Made by a program: the position numbers and the translations under genes. Below are positions 56,227-64,000 of a stretch of DNA of 64,000 bases, in pieces (within the stretch, counting starts at the first letter, position 1; every line of letters begins with the position of its first letter). The stretch comes from Podarcis erhardii (lineage: Eukaryota), in assembly GCA_964252035.1 (NCBI GenBank), contig OZ176209.1. One strand, 5' to 3'. Below the pieces are notes generated by a model. The model had not been told where the DNA came from and searched no databases. It worked only from the letters and a program-made list of their open reading frames with translations.

Positions 56227-58929
56227 TTGATTAATTCATTAACTCAGTGCCTTTAAGCATGTGCAGAATGACACTCCCTTGAACTGTACAACCACAAACA
56301 GCCCCTGCACATGTGAGATGATTATGAGGAGCTTCTGTAGCAAAAGCCAAGGATGTCACTTCCAGGAAGGCTTACGCCCCGGTACCTTTGGGGGGAGAAC
56401 TTTAATTAATCGTCATTATCAGGAAAAGAGAAGAAGCCACGCTTCCTTTTTCCCATATAGGAAAATTAAAGTGTAATCCCACACACCGCCGCCACACCCT
56501 AACCAACAATAGCATCCTTCAGTACTTAACTGAAAAATGTGTAAGATTTCAGCATTTTTTATTATTATAAAAAAGGAAGATAATAATAAATAATGTGCAA
56601 ATGAAAGAGACTGGAGGGGATAGAAGAGGGGGAATTGGCATCTGAGGAGATCCACCATGCAGGATTAAAGGTTAATTTGGGCCTTGCTGCTTCAACAAAT
56701 GTGAAAGCCTTGCCATATGGCTGCAAATGTTTCTGGAGGGCCTTTAATGTTGAGGTCTAGCATATATTTTACTATTGTTCTGTTTCAGAATGAGCTCTCT
56801 ATATACTCTGAGCATATGGAGTTTTAGGGGCAGGTGAGTCTGCTAGAACCATAGTATAAAATGAAAGCCACAGCAAAGAGGCAAGTGTGAGGTTTAACTT
56901 CCACATCATGCCCAAATATGTGCATTTTTGCAGATGGCTGCAGGAAGACACACATAAGAACAGCACACAGTTCGCTTACAGTGGAAGGTGGGAAGGTGAG
57001 GCTCCCTAGCAGTGACAGTAACCATGCTGTATGACCAGGCTGAGATTGTGAAAACCATCTCAATGCCAATGTACACTGAATAAGACTTGGCTGGTTGAGC
57101 CTCAGTCTTAGGTCCAAAATGAGTGATATTATGGAATTTAAAGTTGCTTTCCATGAAGTTTGTGAGATAGAAACCCAAATTCTGCATTCTACTTCCATTA
57201 TCTAGAGGCCAAACCAGATGTAATGGTGGCAGACTGTCTCTTTAAATGACAGCCTTCCTCAGTCATGTACAAAAAGCCCATGGGAGCCAATTTTAAGAAT
57301 AAGCGGATTCTGATCTCTGTCCTAGCTAATTGGACCTAACAATAACTTTAAACAAGAGCTCCCCCCAAGAGCTGCATGGCAGTCTAATCAATCAAAACAT
57401 GGCTTGAGAGCCAGATGTGGCATGGAAGCTCTCTTCTAAAGACAAACAATTGCTATTTATATCAGGCAATCCTAAATTGATTACCTGGATACCAATCTAA
57501 CTGTGATGAATAGCACTTGCTTCAAAGTGATGCCGGTACAATTCTGTATGCCTACATTAAAGGGGGATATTTGGTGCTAAGAAAGAAATGGTTTCCTCGT
57601 GTATCTTCTTTGCTGAAATGCAGGTAGCTATGAGCTGGACCATTTGAAGAAAGATTTTGACTGAGCTATGTAAACAATGTGAAGAGTACAAGTTTCCAGA
57701 GGAAGCTAAGATGTCTGGACCTGAAACATAGACCAACTGGACTCAATCTGCAAGTGGAATTTGTTTAAAATCTGTCCCTCTTCGGCCTCCACCTCAAATT
57801 CCTTTCTGATTCTTCCTTTGTAAAGAAGTAGGATGTAAAGGGAATCAACGGGCTAATTCCTATGTGGTTAATTAGCCAAGCCTCCTCTCAGCCTTGCTTG
57901 GCACTGGATGGAGTGGCTGATGATTGAGGTCTACTACATGTTGAACGGGTAAACAACGTGGCAGGGCTGCCAAAGGGAGACAGATAAGGAGAGACCAAGT
58001 GGAGAAAGAGACAGATGGAAGGAAAGGGCAGGCTAAGATAACCGTCAAAGACAAACAAACAACAGGCAATAAAGCTAAAAGTTTGGGGCCCTAAAAAATT
58101 CAAGAGTGCAGTGGAGCAGCGATGGGGTCAGGACTGTGTCGAAAACTGAAGCAAATTCAGTTCCATTCCCACCCCCTTATGGCTCTTCCTGAGAACTGAA
58201 GTGGGACAGAATTCGTCCTCCATCAGTTGAGCTGCAGACACCAAGGAAGGGGGAAAGGAAGTGCTCAGATGCTCCCTAGTGATCAAGGGTACCCCATGCA
58301 GTAAGACCTGGTCTCCAATCCAGGAAGAACTGAGGGAGGCAAATTCACTTGTGTAGAGACAATTAAACAGAACACAGCTAGAATCTTTTAAAAAAAGAAG
58401 CAGCAACATTAATAGCAAAAATGGCACAGGCAGTTAGTCACTCATCACTAGTGATGTTAATGGGCTAGGTGGAGCGACAGCCTGACAAGTCCATATCTTC
58501 ATGTGTCATTTGTGCAACTGCATTCCACATATCATTCATTATTGCAATTAACGCACTAGCTAGGGTGGGGGTGAAAGAATGCTATCAGCCTGAGAAGTTT
58601 GCTCCAAGAAGGTTTTAAACTGAGAAGCAGATTTTATATTTTTCTTTAAAATGCATTTTTAAAAATAAAATATTACACATGTTCTCAGCCAAATAACTGC
58701 ACTCGGAAAATGTTGTTTCCTTGCATCAGGAAAACATGAATCAGAAGCTGAAATTGGACACATGAGCCCTGAAGATACACATACACAGCCTTCATTCAAC
58801 AGACCTGGCCCCTCTATTTTCTGAGTTAATTCGTGTCACATTTCCAATTCATAAGAGTTTGGGCCCTGTGTTTAGGTCTCCTGATCCAACTGCAGTTATT
58901 CACATGTTGACAATTGCATCTCACAACAG

Positions 58930-59150
58930 AAATTAGTGGGAGAGCATCTCCTTTACATGCAAAATAAATTAGTGGGAGAGCATCTCCTTTACATGCAAAA
59001 TGTCCCAGGGTCCAACCCCAGCAACTCCAGGTACAGGTATGAGACACCCTTGCCTGAATCCCTGGAGACCACTGCCAGTCGGTGAAGACAATACTGGGCT
59101 AGATGGAGCCATAGTGACACTCAATGTATAGCAGCTTCCTATGTTCCTAA
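58930..59150 (+). mobile_element. Squam3-like tRNA-derived SINE with tandemly duplicated head
   Basis: AGTGGGAGAGCATCTCCTTTACATGCAAAATGTCCCAGGGTCCAACCCC head through GCAGCTTCCTATGTTCCTA tail; 36-bp exact tandem duplication at 58930-59001. Confidence 0.75.
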
Positions 59151-59632
59151 CAGGTGGCACCTTACCATCTCCATGCCAGGAGAAAAGTTTCATCTGTTGA
59201 ACTTCTGTTGCCTGCCATGCAGCTGTTAAAGCAGAGGAGGTCTCTCTCTCACAAAAAGGGGACAACCCTAGCAGTAGAATTGTCAGTGTCCAAGGAACAC
59301 ATTTTTTTTATTATTTTTTGCACATTTTTCTAGGTCCTTTTAGAAGAGTGGGACATAAATATTTGCCACTCCTAATCTTACAAATTATTATTAATGATAT
59401 GCATGCATGACAGGTAGGAATGGTTCCATGATCACTGGAAAAGGCAGTGTAATAATTAGCATTCAGGTGCTTGAACCGTGTGCTTTTGGTTTGTTTACTG
59501 ACATTTATTATTAGGTTCAGATAAACTGTTGGGTCTTATAAACTGGTCTCATTCTTAAGAATGCAACACACTGGTTACTTGCCTCTAAACTTGCCTCTTC
59601 CCGAAAGAGAAAGTGCTAAAAAAGGATCTTAC

Positions 59633-59925
59633 TCTGCGGCCGGCTTCGTTGTTCTGTAGGTTCATGAGTGTGCGGGCCTGCTCCTCAGATCCCTTGGCAT
59701 AGTTCCTCTCCCTCTCCCTGGCATCCACAAATTCCTTGGCGAAACGGTAGCCATATTCCACATTGTCCCCGCATCCGCCCCAAAGCCAGTCTCGGGGCAG
59801 GTCCTTCGGCCGGGCTGTCCGGCTGCAACCGCAGGTGGAGAGCTCTCCTTCACGGCAGGCACGGCTGATGGCATTCACCACCCCTGCAGCGCTAACAGCG
59901 TAAGTGAATGCGGTCTCTCGGCTAC
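59633..59925 (-). CDS. WNT5B: Wnt-5b, penultimate coding exon
   Basis: 293 bp, acceptor CTCTACGCCAG, donor [104 protein letters not shown]. Earlier exons lie beyond the window. Confidence 0.96.
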
Positions 59926-61616
59926 CTGGCGTAGAGAATGGGAAGATTACAAAAATACATAAATCTCAGTTAATAGATGCTCTGAGGGTCTGGGGATTTA
60001 TACTGCAACGCAAGCTTCTGCAGTTCTGTATTGCTCACACATTTAATTGTCCAGGCCATCATCCCTCCATGCAAGTAAGTTCACTGTGGGAATCACCTAC
60101 AACAGTTCTCAGTTCCAACCCCTTCAGTGCATCTGCAATCATACACAATTACCTGGGAGTAAGTCCCACTGTATGCAGTGTATGCACCGTATGTAGGAGG
60201 GCTTACTTTTTATTATTATTTATATACTGCCCTATACCCGTAGGTCTTCTAAGAAAACATATGCAAGTTCAGAATTTTGTACCAATTGAAGATGAGACTC
60301 TGTTCTCTGAAGGAAAATCCCCTCAACTGCTAGGTAAAATAGCTCAATTTGGGTTCTATTGACTATTTGCATAGCACACCACCCAAAATTAATTTCTACC
60401 TTAGCTAATATAAGGACTGTCAAGTTTCTTTTGGGGCATCTCTGGACTGGTGCCTTTTTCTGTTTTGTAGGTGTATTCCGTAACATGCCATTGATAAAAT
60501 AACAGTAAATTGGTGGTGGATTTATACTGGACCGTCTACAAGTTATTCCACTTTCTTAGTTGTTCTGCAATGCTTCTCCAACGTTACCACATGATTGCCG
60601 TCTGAAGGGGCACTCTTGTACTAAAGCACAACCACAACAAAACCCTGGAACATTTGTGGTATGAAAAGTTACAGGATTTCAGCAAGAAGCTATGCACCAA
60701 CTGGAAATGAAGCTGTATGTCTGCCACAAAGCTTTTGCAGTATTGAAAATAGGGTTGTGTATAACTGCCCTGATACCATCCTGAGCATAAATAATCACAA
60801 ATGAGCAATAAAAAGGATGTCTGGAGGGTCCCTTGTTTCGTTTTCCACTGTGAGAAGAGTGTTGGGATTAGATGCCTTTGGCCCGATTCAGCAGCCTCTT
60901 CTCATGCTCTTCTACCAGTTGCTGGGAATCACAAATTAGAAGAGTGTTGCTGCACTCAAGTCCTGCTTGTGGGCTTCCCACACACACTTGTCTAGCCACA
61001 GTAAGAACAGGATGCTTGACTAGATGGGCTTTTGCTCTGATCTGGCAGGGCTCTTGTTATGTTCTCACTGAGTCCTCTCCCCTCTTTTCAGACAATTCCA
61101 CAGACAACCTTTATAGATAATGATAAGCCCCACCCTCCATCTTACTCTAAGACCAGAAGGTTGACCAGGCTACTTTGGGGCGAAACCACAGGAACTTACA
61201 ACAACAGATCCATTTGCTTACGTGCATCTGTGAAAATCACACAGAAAGTAAGTGGGAAGGGATTTGGTCCAGCTTAGTATATATTTTGTCCAGATCCTTC
61301 CTCCAGTACGATCTTACAGTACTCTCCTCCATCTCCCTGTGAGTTAGGTTAGACTGAAAGATAGGCCAAACTTCATAGCTCAAGGGTGGGGGGGGATTGA
61401 GCCTGGGTCTATCTCTGAATCCACCACTCTAGCCACACTGAAGTCTCCCCCACACCAACCCATATATTTACATCCCCCTAGTCCCTCTCCCCAGACTTTT
61501 TTTCTGCCCCCCGGGGGTTCTGAAACTAGTGGTGAAAAATGAACCAAGCTTGTATGCCACAGGAGAGGGTAACAACCAGCTCCCACCCTCATGCAACAAT
61601 TGCTCCTTCAATCTGG

Positions 61617-61650
<34 letters not shown>

Positions 61651-61660
61651 TCACACACAC
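61617..61660. repeat. (CT)n(CA)n microsatellite
   Basis: Directly visible. Confidence 0.92.
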
Positions 61661-63043
61661 AGCCCATTGTCTATGTGATTTGTGGCAGATCTGGGTTTAA
61701 ACACACATCTGACACCCAGATCTGACACCGCCAAGCCCATTTTCGCCCCAAATTCTAACTTCCATGTCTCCTGCCAGTTCCAACAGGAAACCAGTTGGCA
61801 AATATCCCACAATAATAGTATTACTCAATATTGACACTAGCATTCAGATCCAAAGTTACGTGTTTGTGCACAGAGCTCCATATGAGCAGGAGCTGCCCTG
61901 GATGAATGTTAGGGAAAGTTTTGTGGGTGAATCACTATCTGTGTACGGGAGCAATCTCAGCTTGTGCATAATTCTGTATGTGCACTGGCGCCCAAGAATG
62001 CACCATATTGGGATTTTGCTGTTGCTATGGACAGAGCAACCACTTTAGTTGTGTGTTGTTGTTTGAATTTGCTGATCTTAAAAGGAGTGAGAATGTGTCA
62101 CTCCTCCCCTCAGATATGCCTTATGATTACTCAAGGTTTTGGTATCTTTGGGTAGAAATGACAGCAGGGAGACAGATGGTTTATGATTCCTTTACTTCAT
62201 CAGACATCCTCTCATTCTTGTTCCTTTGAGTTGACTTCCCTTGGGACCTCTTATTGACTCCATGCTTTGGATACAACAAAGGACAGGCTGGGCTCCATAT
62301 AAGCCAGGATCTGCTCAGTTATTGGCACTACACAGCCCTCCTGCAGTGGCTGAATCACACTAAATTGTAAGTATTCACGTCACATTTTTATTGTGGCTCC
62401 TACCATTCTGCTTCATTCTCGGCTGCCTCAAGAAGGCAAAGGAAAGAAATATGTCCTGCGGGATATTTGGAAGTAAAATAAACACTGAAATTGTTCAGGG
62501 ATTTGAAAGAGTTCCTATCACGGCTATTAGCCACAAAGAGGCAGTGTGTTTGTAACTACCAGGTTCTCAGGAAAAACCAAGTGGGAAGTGCTGTTGCCTT
62601 CATATCCTACTTTGTCAGCTTCCCAGAATGCTACTACTGGAAAGAAGAATGTTGAACAGAAAAAGTCAGGCTTTGGGTCGGATACAGCAGGGCTCTCCTT
62701 ACTGTTTTAAGTTCTTTGAGCAGCTAAGCAAGGTGCAACATTCAAGCGGAGTATATGTCACAGATGGGCAACCTGCAATCCTTGGGTTAATTGTGGCCCT
62801 TGACTTAATTTCAAAACTCCGCTGTAGGAGATCAGCTCAGACCTTTGGGTCTGGCAATAATTCCCCAGTAGCCTGCTGGGTGAGGAAGAAAAGAGTGGGG
62901 AAAGTGGGTAGCAGAGTGTGAGAAAAGAGAGGGCAGAAAGTGTTTCCCAACTCATTTTTTACTCAGTACTCAACCACTGCTGGTTTCAGTCCAGTTCACA
63001 AATGGCAATGCGGCCCAGGCCCCTGACAAATTAACTCCTAAGG

Positions 63044-63249
63044 CAGAGCTTTTCAAACTGTGTGTTGTGACATGTTAATGTATCGGCTGCAGCATGTAGG
63101 TGTGTCACACAAATGCTCCCCACACTCCTCCCAGGGCTGGAAAGGGATTAAACTAACCTCCGGTTTCCTAGTAAAACTGAATTACTGTGTCGCGAAATGA
63201 TGCATGTCTAAAAAGTGTGTCAACAACATGAAGAGCTTAGAAAGTTCTG
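63044..63249. mobile_element. hAT-type MITE
   Basis: Ends CAGAGCTTTTCAAACT / AGCTTAGAAAGTTCTG; 8-bp flanks TCCTAAGG (63036-63043) and ACCTAAGG (63250-63257). Confidence 0.72.
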
Positions 63250-63512
63250 ACCTAAGGAATGTGGCCCTCAACAACAACTAAAAAAGGTTCCCCACTCCTG
63301 GTGCATGTAATCACGTGGAAGCTCTTAAAGAAGAATTCTCACCACAGAGAATTATGCACCTTATTTCATGCACCATCTCTAGAGGAGACATGCAAAAGAA
63401 TGTGCTCCTCTGGAAGTATCTTCTTCAGATGTGCTTTTCCCAAGAACTCCCTTCTGAGTGAGGCATCAAAGGTGGCAATGGGCCTTTTCCCTGATGACAC
63501 TCCAGCTAAGTA

Positions 63513-63759
63513 CAGTGGTACCTCGGATTACATACACTTCAGGTTACATACGCTTCAGGTTACAGACTCCGCTAACCCAGAAATATTACCTCGGGTTAAG
63601 AACTTTGCTTCAGGATGAGAACAGAAATCGTGCTCCGGTGGCGCGGCGTGGCAGCAGCAGGAGGCCCCATTAGCTAAAGTGGTGCTTCAGGTTAAGAACA
63701 GTTTCAGGTTAAGAACGGACCTCCGGAACGAAGTAAGTACTTAACCCGAGGTACCACTG
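63513..63759. mobile_element. Tc1/mariner-type MITE, family A copy 4
   Basis: TIRs CAGTGGTACCTCGG / CCGAGGTACCACTG, TA TSD; two copies of the internal 16-mer in reverse orientation. Confidence 0.92.
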
Positions 63760-63799
63760 TAACACCCTCCTCAAGGAAGCTCACCAGGCACTGGCTCTG

Positions 63800-64000
63800 G
63801 TGATATTTTGGCACCAGCCAAATACCTTTTCATTTTCATCAGGTCTTTTAATCAGTCCTAACTTTAAGCTGGTCTTATCCTCCATGCCTGTTTTTTATGC
63901 TGTATTTATACTTCTTTGCTTTCAACCATTATTGAATTGTTAATTGTTTTACTTCTTGGCCTGAGCCACCCTGAGAACTTGTTGTAGGACATCGTATAAG
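63800..64000 (+). mobile_element. L2-like LINE 3' end (runs to window edge)
   Basis: CCAGCCAAATACCTTTTCATTTTCATCAGGTCTTT...AT-rich...TGAGCCACCCTGAGAAC. Confidence 0.45.

Noticed and set aside
51990-59925. Assignment as WNT5A
   Set aside because: Diagnostic residues ([36 protein letters not shown]) and linkage to ADIPOR2/CACNA2D4 indicate WNT5B.

Overview
Eukaryotic genomic DNA from a squamate reptile. Sauria SINEs and Squam3-like SINEs point to a lizard, probably a lacertid (inference from repeat content). The window holds three spliced protein-coding genes in the order known from human 12p13.33: (1) the last four coding exons of CACNA2D4 on + (582-6970), including an AT-AC minor-spliceosome (U12) intron; (2) a complete ADIPOR2 on - (7 coding exons, 382 aa, 31165 down to 11365) with a non-coding first exon in a CpG island at about 42.1-43.0 kb; (3) the last two coding exons of WNT5B on - (59925-59633, 52448-51990). 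The rest is intronic or intergenic and rich in TE remnants (CR1, L2-like 3' ends, Sauria and Squam3-like SINEs, Tc1/mariner and hAT MITEs, Penelope-like termini), plus microsatellites and two N gaps. Almost all ORFs in the supplied track are spurious or repeat-derived. I found no supportable novel multi-gene protein system. The most interesting signals are: minimal dimer-type hammerhead ribozyme motifs in Penelope-like fragments (23255-23292 intact, 49079-49116 one mismatch); the AT-AC intron; two CR1 copies 17.7 kb apart that share the same about 45-bp non-CR1 3' flank; a perfect 30-bp hairpin in ADIPOR2 intron 1; and a bidirectional-type ADIPOR2 promoter with a possible spliced divergent 73-aa ORF (speculative). 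Gene and repeat names come from recognition of recalled sequences, not from database searches; repeat boundaries are approximate unless TSDs or TIRs are given.
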